From: Malacoraja senta | Taxonomy: Eukaryota | NCBI GenBank assembly: GCA_038087875.1 | Contig: CM075989.1 | Span: 9,674,001-9,738,000, forward strand | Reading direction: 5' to 3' | DNA length: 64,000 nt | Shown: positions 37,456 through 49,278 of the stretch, in pieces | Numbering within the stretch: the stretch's first letter is position 1 | Layout of the letters: every line of letters begins with the position of its first letter | Position numbers and translations under genes: made by a program | Notes under the pieces: model-generated | Database searches by the model: none | Told to the model about the DNA's origin: nothing | What the model saw: the letters and a program-made list of their open reading frames with translations, nothing else

Positions 37456-37989
37456 CTGAAAGGCATAGCATTCAACTTGTTTTCTTTCACACCAAGCCAC
37501 TAGCTAATAATATATTCATGTGCATAAGGTCAAAAGATTTCCAAAGTAATTTGTTCCAGACCTATTCAACACTTGATTATTTTTTTGGAGTTCGTATTGC
37601 CTCAGTACATATCTCCTTACAGTCAAGATAATATGTATACAGGAGCACTCACATCTCCAAAGGATGCATGTCAGACTTAATGATGATTAAATTAGTTTAT
37701 CGTAATTCGCATGTTACCATTTATTATTTCAATTTCTGGGGTATTATACGAAATATAGTTATCTCAAGGTAAAGCTCTACTTTGCAAATTTAAATTTCTT
37801 CTTTAAATATCTCCATGCTCTTTGCTGGTCTATCGTCATCTGCCCAAAAGTGTTTTTAACAGTGTTATCTGAGGAGAGAGGCATGTTGTGAGTCAACCGG
37901 CATCTTACAACTGGTACAATAGAATTGACATAGTAGTGGTCCTTCGACTCAACCCCAACCGCAACAGGAAAATTAACCACTGCAACGAA

Positions 37990-38115
37990 GGTCCGAAGAA
38001 GGGTTCCAACCCTAAACATCATCTATCCATTTCCTTTCCACATGCTGCCTGACCCACCGAGTCATTCCTGCACTTTGTATGTTTCGCTCAAGATTACAGC
38101 ATCTGCAGTTTCTCG
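37990..38115 (+). mobile_element. Penelope-terminus fragment, degenerate hammerhead
   Basis: ggtccgaagaagggttccaaccctaaacatc...cagcatctgcagtt. Confidence 0.7.
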
Positions 38116-41100
38116 CGACTTGCGTCCTTACGAATAAAACACTTAATTCGTACTAAGTTATACTTATTTTGTATTTCAGCATTCATTAAGTAAATTGAGT
38201 TAATTTGAAATAAAAACCTGAATGACAAAAGAAAAACACCAAAGCTGATTTGTCACTCATACAAATTATATTTATTATTATGCTTTGAATGTGTCTTTTT
38301 TATGCCTCTACATTTAATTATTTGCAACAGGCAGATTTAGCCTGCCCTCTTATCTTTGTTTACTTTGAATTCAGCAGATCAGTCTTTCATCTCACTTCTT
38401 ATTAAAATTACACCAATCCCTTTCAAATGTAAACCCAATGAAACCAGTTGATAACAACCATCAGTGGCATTCACTTTCACCGGTCTCCCTATGTAAATTT
38501 GAATTTGGTTCAGTTATCAACCAGGCTTTACGCTATTCCTCAACATTATCTTTAAATAATTGACCTAAACTTATAACTTCTAATTTCAAGTTTACAGAAA
38601 GTATCACATCCTTTCCCATCTGCACTTTCTCAATTTATTATGATATTCTCTTTGCAATTTTGTACCATAATTATTTGCAACAAGAGAAGCTTTTACTTGA
38701 TCTTTTGATCCTGCATCTGTGAAAACCACCAACTCGGCTTCCTTCCAGAAAATACTCTCCTATGAATTATTTTTTAAATTCCAAAATTAGTGACTTTCAC
38801 TCGATGCCTTCTAAAGAAAGCGATTAAAGGAAATGACTTGAATTTATATTTCACCTGATTATGACATAACAAAACACTTTGCAATGGGCGACCTTTGATG
38901 TGACACAACAGTTGCTCTGATTATCGTTTAACCCATTGGCACATCACAGGATTACACAAGTAACAAATAGAATGAGGAAAAGGTGAATTAATTATAGGTG
39001 ATGTTGGTTGAGGGCAAAAGGGGTTATCAGGCCACTGATTCCTGTCTGCACCTCCTAAATCGTGCAGCAGATCACTCAGCTTCTCCCAATCAGGCAGACA
39101 AAATTCATATGGAAAATGGCACTCAACATCGATGCCATACTTGACTCTGACCTCAACTGTTGAGACCTAATCATGTTAAAAATGCAATAAATTAGACCAG
39201 CTGACCTATGCTAGTATTACTTTATGAAACAAGGTTAGGGCCAACAATCATCCACTCAACAGCAAAAATGGTTCTTGTGCCTGGGTTTATGATGGATATG
39301 GAGCAAGTATCCTCAAGAAATTCCACATTAATGATTCAACAATTGTAAAAATGTAAACTAATTTACAAATGATCAAAAGGAAATTGAAGGCATCACACGA
39401 CATAATCGATATGTATCGTGAACTGCTACCATTATAAGCTTCTGAACCACTGCTGTCAAGGAGCTTGATGGGAAACGTATACCAGATGGATAATTAAAAT
39501 GTAGAAATGACTGCATATAATTACTACTGATGAATAATTAATTACATTGTTTTACTTCATTAGTTATGCATATAACCCTTTACCTGTGATCAGCATTAAA
39601 TATAGAATGAGATAGCAGGGAGTGATTACCAGGCTGTAACCTAATCAAGGTTGCTCATCTAACGGGATAAATCGCAAGAGTGAAACTTGAGCAGTTTATG
39701 AACATTCACCTGAATCTAGATTAGATTACAGCTATGAAATCACTCCCTTGTATCTAATATTGTACATCAAGAAGCCTTTAACTCCAGTGCCTTCCAGTGA
39801 CCGTGAGGAGTTGCAGAAAAATTATCATGTATTACAGAGTCAATAGCTACTACATACGAGATCCATTCTTGTTCACGGACTGTCAGTGCAATAGCATTTA
39901 GAAATACATTAAGGATTTAGATATAACCAAAGTAATTTCGCAGTCTCCAGAAAAACATGTAAAATCTCTAAAAATAAGAAAAATTCTCCCTGTGCTTGGC
40001 ATGTCGTGTCATATTTGCACAGAGTGTAACCTCTGGAGTAGGTAACAAGATAATTGAGCATAAGGTAACTAAACTGAGGCTAAAGGTAAAGAGCAAAAAA
40101 AGAAAGTATTGCCACAAAACTATTATCTTCAGGATATTTTGTGAATCAAAGAACAATGAGACAGAACAAAATAACTAGTACCACAGTTACCAAACAAAAC
40201 TGTAATGGTTTCAAGCTGCATGAAAAATCACATAACCTAATTAAATGTCACCTGCATTTCTTCACATATTAAAGCTGATGTGCTTTAAAAGTCTGGTGTT
40301 ACCTTAACACCAAAATTTTAATGTATTTTTTATAGAAATATGTCTATCTAGGAGCTACATGAGCTACATTATGCGCAATTGTGCAACGTGGAAGAAGCAT
40401 ACTGAAAACAACCAACTTATTTTTTGAATTCTTGGTTTTAATGACATGCCAGAGCTCTCCCAGTAGCTTGACAAAATGTTAAATTGAGCTGAGCCAAGTA
40501 TTCTGAGACGTTAAATGTTCTCTTAATTGCTTATGTTGGTTAATCTCTTTGGCAACATTAATTCCAAACTCACACTGGATGCATTTAGTTATTTACTTCC
40601 GAGGCAAAGGCCTAGCTTCTGCTGGGAGAAGCTGTCAGTTTAGCACTGAATGTCCTGCATTTCTCACCTAAATAGTGGTAAATTTTGGATCTTCCTGTTC
40701 AAATGCAGAAGCCCTGAGCTTACTGGCCAAGATCAGCCAGCCTTTTCTCACTGTGCTTTGTTGCCAGACTCCAGGTGGAGTCCAGAGTCCATAGGTGAAG
40801 CAGGAACTCACTGAGATTTCCCTGTGTTTGCACTGGGGAATCTGCTCTTGGATCCTGTGCCAAGTAGGACAAATGTGCAGTACCACAACTGTTAGTTCAA
40901 ATGTCAGAGACGATCAGAAAAAATAAATAAACATACCTTCACGCTTTGCCAATTGGCAACACTGGGTGTTGGGCCTTTGGCAGATTGCATAGTTTTCCAG
41001 AAAAGTTAGGGCTTTTCTGGCCACCAAAAAATCTCCATGACCTTGTTTGATACCCTGTGGCCTAATTGCTTAACTTCAAGACAGTCTGGGCAATTAATAC

Positions 41101-41529
41101 CAGGCTTCAAAATTAGGCTACAGAAAAATATCACTGGAATGGACTTATGGGATGGGTACAAAGTGACAACAAGATTTCAATGCAGTGAAGCCTAAGAAAA
41201 TGCATTTGGGTAGGACCAACAAAGGAAGGAAGTACACAGTAAACTGTTGAATACCAGTAAGTGCAGAGCCATCGAGAAATACATTATGGAGCGCAAGTCC
41301 AATGACCTCTGACAATAGCAAAGCAGACAGATAAAGCAATTATGGTGGTTTACAGGATACTGGGATCCTATTCAGTGAGAATAAGATCATGCTTGAATAA
41401 GAAACCATGCTTGAGAACTGTGTACATTTCTGATTACCACAGTACAAGAGAGCCAAGGTAGCGCAAAGGTGCAGAGATTTAGAGAAAATTGTCAAAGCTG
41501 ATGAATTATTATTATGAAGAGACACTGAT

Positions 41530-41945
41530 TTGTTTAGATTAATTTAGAAATGCAGTATGGAAACATGCCTTTCGGCCCACCAAGTCCACGCCGACCATCG
41601 ATCACCCAGATAACAGTTCTGTTATCTCATTTTCTCATCCACTACCTACATCCTAGGAGGAAATTTACAAACCAGCACATCTTGGGGATGTGGGATGAAA
41701 CCCCCTGGAGGAGCCTCTTGAGTCTGAAGAAGGGCTCGCCCCGAAACATCGCCCATTCTTTCTCTCCATAGATGCTGCCTCACCCGCTGAGTTACTCCAG
41801 CATTTTGTGTCTGCCCCTGGAGGAAACCCGTGGGGTCACAAGGAAAATGTGCAAATTCCACAGAGACAGCACCTGAGGTCAGAATCGAACCTGGGTCTCT
41901 GGGGCTGTGAGGTAACAGCTCTACCAGCTGCACCACTGTGTCGCT
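41530..41945 (-). mobile_element. tRNA-derived SINE containing a Penelope-terminus insertion
   Basis: Head CACAGTGGTGCAGCTGGTAGAGC...CAGGTTCGATTCTG on the minus strand. Confidence 0.85.
41713..41813 (+). mobile_element. 101-bp hammerhead-bearing Penelope-terminus insertion
   Basis: 11-bp TSD CCCCTGGAGGA (41702-41712, 41814-41824); core CTGAAGA A GGGCTCGCCCC GAAA CATC. Confidence 0.85.
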
Positions 41946-42119
41946 ACAAGGCCGGGTTGTCTTCTTTGGAGTAAAGGAGATCGAGGATTTAAAATTATAA
42001 CAGATCTCTACAAGGTGAACTGGAAGTGCATTAATTCTTGGCAGGAGAACTAGGGTTCAGAGATTCAAGCCAATTGGTCAAACAATTAGAGGGAAAACAG
42101 GCAAAAAAAATTTGCATGA

Positions 42120-42365
42120 AAAGACAGGACATAAAATGTTGGAGTAACTCAGTGGGTCAGTGGGTCAGGCAGCATCCCTACAGGACATGGATAGGTAATG
42201 TTTTTTTTTTTTGGGGGGGGGGTCGGCTTCTTCAGACTGATCAATCTGAATAAGCGTCCTGATCTGAAATGTCGCCTATCCATGTTCTCCATGTTCTGAC
42301 CTGCTCAGTTACTCCAACATTTTTGTCTTTCCCTGGTAAACTGGCATCTGTTTTTCCTTGTTTCT
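42120..42365. mobile_element. Inverted pair of Penelope-terminus fragments
   Basis: aaaatgttggagtaactcag...catggatagg / cctatccatg...cagttactccaacatttt, centred at ~42240. Confidence 0.75.
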
Positions 42366-44412
42366 GCTTCTTACATGAAAAGGTGATGGAGACAGTTATT
42401 GAATTTAAAAAGTTATCTGGATGAGCATCTGAAAAGGTGAACATTACAATGAACCAACAGGTAGAAAAAAAGAGCAACTTAAACAGGTCAGTTATTGGCA
42501 GGCATGGACAGAATGGGCTGAATGGGCTCCTTTATTCCCTAAACTTCCACTACATGATTCCAAGTTTGGGAGAATTGATGGTTAGACTATGTCTGTAACA
42601 CCTGGGCCATTAAGTTCAGCTGTTATAGACATCTGCTGGTGTCAACCCCTACAGGGCCAAAAAGCCATCGTGATATTTAAAATGTTCTGCCTTTTACATG
42701 AAGCTGCAGTATCATTTAAAATAAAGAACGGTGCTTGTTGTTTGCTTTACTATTAACTTGACAGGTAATTTGGGCCAATATTCCTTTGAAAGGACACCAT
42801 CATTTAAATATAACTATGCTTTGCCTGTTTAAATATTAAATAGTCATTCACCTCTGAGACCTATTTCAATCAACATTGGACTTCTGAAGTGGACTGTATC
42901 GATCCTCCTGCACATGAGAAAATCTCTTTCCTAAAATTAATCTCTTTCCTAAAATTTTGATTGCATGTATAAAAGCATTTCCATCTATTTCTTAACAAGC
43001 ATGGTTAAACAACAAAAGAAAAAATATACAAAAATAAATTAGCACATAACTATTTGAAAGGGAAATAGAAAATTATCAAGCGAAGCTTCATTATTGGGGC
43101 AGCAATACAATGACTATATTAGATCAGACTCCAGGGTGCTTGATTTTGACAATAAGTGCTTGAAACCCCAGATACTGTTTTTCAGCAAAAATATCCCTCG
43201 ATAATCTGAAGGAAGTATAAAAAATGCAGATGCAACAGAAAAGAATAACTCTTCAGCAAAACATCACATATTAGGTTCATTAATAGAACTGAGACCATGC
43301 ATATATTACACATAGGGTTCTAACAGCCAGAAGGAAAAACTTCAGTCAATTGGCTTGGCCTAGATTCAAAGCTAGAAATGAGAGCACAGTGCTAACTCAG
43401 TACATTCATCAGTACCCATTAAAGAATATATCAATTTAATGCCTTCTATCTAAACTGTTTATGGTTTATGGTGCTTCATTGCACATTAGAATGGGCAGAA
43501 GATATTTTAATCCCTTCATTGTTACTGAAATATATATTTTTTTCAATCCCAAAATTAACATTTAAAAATACATATTTGTAAATAGGGAATTGGATACATA
43601 CACAACCAAGAACGTTAACATTTCAGTGTCAAACAATGCAAAAAGACCCTGGCTATAAAATACTGTCCATGTTATCTTTTCACTCACGAACAAATTGATG
43701 CTTGAATTTTATATGGACCAAATAAATTATAAAACAGGGTGAAATGTATCACTTCTATAAACGCAGGGCCTTAACCAAGCTATAACCGAATATTTGTACA
43801 TTTGACAAAACTGAACACAAAAACAATTTTGTTCCAGCAAAAAAATCTTTATATCTATTTCCTATTTTTTTAAGCCTTCATTTTCTTGCTCATTAATACG
43901 AGAGTCGTTAACAAGTTAAGAGGACGGTGTGCAAAACAGAAAAACAACAGCATGTGTTAGGCCCTCTGCCGGAAAATAACCAGCTTTGACTTCAAGTGCC
44001 GACTGGTGGATTAAAATTGGTTTCATCAACTCAGTAACTATAAAACAACAAAATCTGAAACAAAATAGAAAAGGCTGAAAATGTTCAGTAGGTAGTATGA
44101 TGAAACTTTGTTTCTCTATCCACAAATGCTGTCTGAATATTTTCAACATTTTCTGTTTTATTTTAATAACCCAGACTAGTAGAGATGTCCAGTAATACTA
44201 TATTTTCATTTTGTTTAATTGTTAAACCTTCCATAACCTAATGGGCTGTCAGGACTCTCAGTCTAAGCTCCCAATACAAAAAAACAGGTGCTAGTGTGCT
44301 AACAAAGAGCCTAGTCTCTTTGGAATAGCACATCTGTGGTGCAAATCCCTCCAGCAAAGGGAAAGATTAATGAAGGGACTTGATAATTACATGAATTAAG
44401 CTTCTTGAAGCG

Positions 44413-44692
44413 TGGGCGGCACAGTGGCGCAGCAGTAGAGTTGCCAAAGACCCGGGTTCAATCTTGACTATGGGTGCTGTCTGTATGAAGTTCGTAAGTT
44501 CTCCCTGTGACCACGTGTGTCTTCTCCAGGTGTTCCAGTTTCCTCCCACACTCCAAAACCATACAGGTTTGTAGGTTAATTGGCTTCTGTAAATTGTTCC
44601 TAGTGTGTAAGATAGAACCTATGTACTAGTAGGCGAGGACTCGGTGGGCCAAAGGGCTTGTTTCCACTCTGTATATCGAAACTAAACTAAAA
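44413..44692 (+). mobile_element. tRNA-derived SINE (HE1/V-SINE-like)
   Basis: GGGCGGCACAGTGGCGCAGCAGTAGAG, GGGTTCAATC, tail CTAAACTAAA. Confidence 0.85.
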
Positions 44693-44912
44693 ATGAAACA
44701 GAGGTTTGCATGTATCTCCTCCAACCTTGCTTATTGTATTTGATGCTCTCGTTGTGGCCTCCTCCACATCAGCGAGACCAAGCGTAAACCAAGCAACTGT
44801 TTTGCTGAACACTTGCGCTCTGTCCACTAGGGCCAGCAGGACCTCTTGGTTGCTTGCTTTCCAGTTCCCTTCCCATTCCCATACCGATCCGTCTGTCCTC
44901 GGCTTCCTCCAC
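44693..44912 (+). mobile_element. Penelope GIY-YIG remnant running into the gap
   Basis: QRFACISSNL...CFAEHLRSV, homologous to the reverse complement of 31330-31550. Confidence 0.8.
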
Positions 44913-45112
44913 NNNNNNNNNNNNNNNNNNNNNNNNNNNNNNNNNNNNNNNNNNNNNNNNNNNNNNNNNNNNNNNNNNNNNNNNNNNNNNNNNNNNNNNN
45001 NNNNNNNNNNNNNNNNNNNNNNNNNNNNNNNNNNNNNNNNNNNNNNNNNNNNNNNNNNNNNNNNNNNNNNNNNNNNNNNNNNNNNNNNNNNNNNNNNNNN
45101 NNNNNNNNNNNN
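44913..45112. other. Assembly gap (200 N)
   Basis: Run of N. Confidence 1.
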
Positions 45113-45377
45113 ACATTGTGGCATGAATCTGTACTATTTCTCTTGGACAATTGTTATGGATTACGTAGAATCACAAATCAAATCGCTTGCAGAGCGTTCT
45201 TGTTTAGCAACAAACTTTCAAGAAGCCAGTTTCAAGTGACTGGAGTTCAGAGTTATGCAATCTTTAAAAGGGTCATTTATTTGCTTTTCATAACCTTAAA
45301 GCAAATGATCAAAAAACCACAAAAACTGAGATGAAGTAATATTCCTCAAATGTTGACATTTCAGGACATTCTTGTTT

Positions 45378-45658
45378 ATAGACAATAGACAATAGGTGCA
45401 GGAGTAGGCCATTCGGCCCTTCGAGCCAGCACTGCCATTCAATGTGATCATAGCTGATCATCCCTAATCAGGACTCCGTTCCTGCCTTCTCCCCATATAC
45501 CCTGACTCCGCTATCTTTAAGAGCCCTAACTAGCTCTCTCTTGAAAGTATCCAGAGAACCGGTCTCCACCACCCTCTGAGGCAGAGAATTACACAGACTC
45601 ACAACTCTCTGTGTGAAGAAGTGTTTCCTCGTCTCTGTTCTAAATGGCTTACCCCTTA
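45378..45658 (-). mobile_element. Young CR1 3' fragment
   Basis: GKPFRTETRKHFFTQRVVSLCNSLPQRVVE plus CTATTGT-repeat tail. Confidence 0.85.
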
Positions 45659-45825
45659 AGTGCCTGTCCCAATTGGGCGACCTAATCCGTGAGTTCTGGC
45701 GAGTTTGCCCTCGACCCATACTCGCAGCATGGTCGACACAAGGTCGTAGGAGGTCTTCGTAACTCTTCTTCATGCTCGAGAGTGGTCTCCGCGTACCTAG
45801 AGGCCTCAGCTAGGTCACGGCATCT
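45659..45825. mobile_element. Harbinger-type MITE end fragment
   Basis: tta|agtgcctgtccca...; gagtttgccctcgacccatactcgcagcatggtcg matches the reverse complement of 11241-11275. Confidence 0.7.
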
Positions 45826-45979
45826 AGGTCAGACAACCATCTGAGGTACTCTCCCTGGCTTTATCAGTTATCAAAGCTGTAAAACCTTAAGCAATGTTAG
45901 AATTAAATTGTGCAAGAGATTTAAATAAAACATATTAAGTTAAAACAGCTATTCTTAGTTCCACACAGTATCTATCCAT

Positions 45980-46067
45980 CTATCAGTCTGAAGAAGGGTT
46001 TCGGCCCGAAATGTTGTCTATTTCCTTCGCTCCATAGATGCTGCTGCACCCGCTGAGTTTCTCCAGC
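45980..46067 (+). mobile_element. Solo Penelope terminus with hammerhead-like core, in an (ATCT/ATCC)n tract
   Basis: Near-identical to the reverse complement of 31021-31109. Confidence 0.85.
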
Positions 46068-46111
46068 ACATACATACATCCATCCATCTATCTATCTATC
46101 CATCTATCCAT

Positions 46112-47081
46112 CTAAGTGGTACCCGTTGGGTCCGTGTCACACGGGAGGCCTGGTCCCCCACCGCAATATTCCACCACTCACCCGTATCCCCCAACTGCGC
46201 AGGCGCGGATCATTTCCCCTCATCCTCCAGCACTCCACCCCTTCCTCTCCTCCTCCCCTCCCCAATCCCCTCCCCTCACCTCTCCCTCCCTCTCCTAGCC
46301 CCTACGCTCAGTCACTCCCTCCCTCCCTTCATAACTCCTCTCCCCTCCCCACCCCCCCTCCTATCCTTCTACCCCCCACCTCCCCACCTATCCCCACTAT
46401 CCCTCCCCACCTCCCCCTCTCCTCCTACCTTCCCCATCCCTCCTTCACCCCTCCTTTCCCCTACCCTCAGTCACTCCCTCCATAACTCCTCTCCCCTCCA
46501 TACCCCCTCCTCTTCCTCTATCCCACTTTCTCCCCCACACTCCTCCTCACCTCCCCCACTTCCCCCTCTGCCCCCTCTTCTCAATCCCCCCCACGCTCCC
46601 TCTTCAACGTCCCCAGGATCTAGAGGTTGCTGTTCCTCTACCTTCTTGATGCTGAGGAGCATCAGCCGTCAGGCTCCGGCTTCAGGATCCCCGGCAGGTG
46701 GGCCGTGCCTGCAGGCAGGCGGTCCGCGCCGGCAGGAATGTGGGTGCCGGCAGGGAGGTGGGCAAAGGCAGAGAGGCGGGCTGCGGCCGGTGACTGACAG
46801 CGGAGGCAGCCAATCAGTGTGGCGATGGTGCAGGAAGGGGCGTTGCCGTCCCGGCCGTGAATGACAGGAGAGGAGACTAATCTACGCATGCGCGGTTTTA
46901 AAGATTTTTAAACCCTTAAAACAAATATACCACCGATCGGAACAAAACTTGGATCATTTGCAGCACTGGACAAGGGTGAGTAAGGTGGCGAAAAATCGTA
47001 GTGCTATCGCGTATCGTTTTTGCCCAAATGAAAACAACACAAACGGAAGATAACAAGATGAGAGTTTTAGTTATGTATAGA
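46112..47081 (-). mobile_element. Non-autonomous Helitron-like element
   Basis: Minus strand starts A|TCTATACATAACTAAAACTCTC; 3' block GGGGGACCAGGCCTCCCGTGTGACA shared with 13660-13684, then hairpin-like GGACCCAACGGGTACC; terminal CTAG not visible. Confidence 0.68.
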
Positions 47082-48089
47082 TAAGACTGAATGATATTTG
47101 GTTAAAATGTTAATTTAAAGAAAGCATTTTCAACCAAGACCCTCCTACTCTTGCACTTTGGTGTGACATTACATAATGCAATCATATTAAATAAAAACAG
47201 ATGATGCAAGCTATATTTTTGAATCACATTTCAACAATGCCTTATTTCTGGGCCTGGAAGCTATTTCCCTTAACCAGAAGAATTAATTTCTCTGTCTATT
47301 ATTTACATAGGGAGTTTATCTTTAGTGCAAATGGGAAAATTGGATAATTTGTTGTTTAAATATTTAAAGAAGAAAAATTTTAAGCTTCAATAGCCTGGCA
47401 AACTGCCCAAACATCTAAACAAACAGTAAAAACCCACTGTAAATAACATTTCTTTTAAACATCAGCTAAATGCACACTTCAATACTGCTTTACAAAGTCT
47501 TCTGCAAAATTACTGTAACTAACAAGCAGAAATTTATCAGCTTCAGCTAAAATCAATTGCTTAAATCAATTCTAACACTGCTAGTGTGTAAGAGGCCCAC
47601 TGGCAATTTAGGTAAATTACACCATGTAAATGCTTTTGCCTTAATTGAACAGTTTTATCAAGCAGGCTCTGAATGCTGTCCACACAGTGAACACTGAATC
47701 TGTCTAAGTCTAAACATAAACACATTTCTATATCTGGATGGAAAGGTTTTTGTTTAAACTAGTCACTTGAAAGCTTCACAACTGATTAAAATGCTGCTAA
47801 AATAGTTCCATTAATGGTCAGATATATAAACAGATGGAATAAGTCCCATGAAAATTGAAAATAAAATATAAATCAGCCCCAACTAACATAGTCATCATCT
47901 TCTTTTAAAATTAAAATGTCTTGAAACATGACATTTAAATTTAATGTACTCTTAACAGATATTGTACTTTTGTTCTGGACTTATACTACATTTCATCAGT
48001 GATATTTTAAATAAACTGGCAGAATGCAAAATTTGAAATAAAAACAGAATTCTGGAAGATCACATCCAGTTCAAGCAGTTTCTTTGGAA

Positions 48090-48450
48090 ATTTCCACCAG
48101 CTCCAATGTGTTCCACCATCAGTCACCCCTCCCCTTCCCTTTCTGTATTTTACAGGGGCCGCTCATTTTCTGACTCCTTGCTTCATTCTTCTGTTCCCAC
48201 TCACCACTCCCCTTCCCACGACACTCCCCCATGTAACCGGAGGTGATCCAACATCTGTCAGTTCACCTCTTGCCTTCCGGTCATCCAGGGACCCAAACAA
48301 TCATTCCAGCTGAAGCAGAGATTCACTTGTACTTCTTCCAATCAAGTCTATTGCATTCATTGTTTGCAATGTGGCCTCTGCTGCAATGGAGAAAACAAAT
48401 GCTATTTGGGTGCTCGCTTCACAGAGCATTTGCATTCGTCTAAAGGGGTG
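48090..48450 (+). mobile_element. Old Penelope linker/GIY-YIG remnant
   Basis: IQGPKQSFQLKQRFTCTSS...CSQCGL..GENK..LGARFTEHL across frames. Confidence 0.75.
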
Positions 48451-49278
48451 ATCCTGAGCTTTCTGTTGCATACCGCTTTATACTATTCAATTCCATTTCC
48501 CTTTCTAACCTGTCTGTCTCCTCTACCAATGTCACGCTTTTGTCCCTTTCCTGCCCCCTGCAAAGAAAGGTGTTAACATTACTGGGCATTACATTAGCAA
48601 ATGAATACTCACAATATATTAAGAGTTCTGTATCGTTTTCATTTTGAATATGTTTTATTACGAATAAGTTTATTTTAGGTACCGGTATTTTAAAAAAAGG
48701 TTCTCTTTCCACAGATGCTGCTTGGCTGACTGAGTTATTCCTTCACTTCTGTTCTTGTTTCATCAGTGGTCTGGACAGTACTGACATCTCAGTGAGTAAA
48801 CACACTACCATAACTAGCAGCTCTAAGCCATAATACCCAATGAGAATCAAAACACTAGAACCTAGAACAGTAAGTAACCTGTGACTGGACCTGGAATAGT
48901 GGAGATAAAAATTGGGAATTAACTATAGTCTTAGCTCTCAACTCTTAGGGATCAATTATGGAAAAATGACCAACAATGTCTGGATGTGTGAGTCTCGTGA
49001 TCAATATTGCACAAAAGGACCACATTCTTTTATACCAGTAGCTGCCTTTAGTGGCAAGTACTCTGAAAACTTTCTTGTTGTACCTCAGTGATTCTTGCCT
49101 GATGATTAGCCTTTAACCCCAGTGTCTACATTTATAATATTGTTTCAGAGTCAGAAATATTCTTGACATCTACTCAGTCAATCATGCAAAAATGATAGAA
49201 GAGAATAGAAACAAGGAACTGCAGATGCTGGTTTACAAAAAAAGCACACAAATTGATGGAGTAACTCCAGGTAGCATC

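Larger units (their letters stand above)
41130..42540 (+). mobile_element. Old CR1 RT/3' remnant hosting younger inserts
   Basis: atgcatttgggtaggaccaac, gagaactgtgtacatttctg and tail atgggctgaatgggctcct. Confidence 0.55.

Noticed and set aside
42921..42956. 18-bp tandem duplication AATCTCTTTCCTAAAATT
   Set aside because: Ordinary slippage with no intervening insert.
46116..46662. Pro-rich and Gly/Glu-rich ORFs
   Set aside because: Low-complexity tract inside a Helitron-like element.
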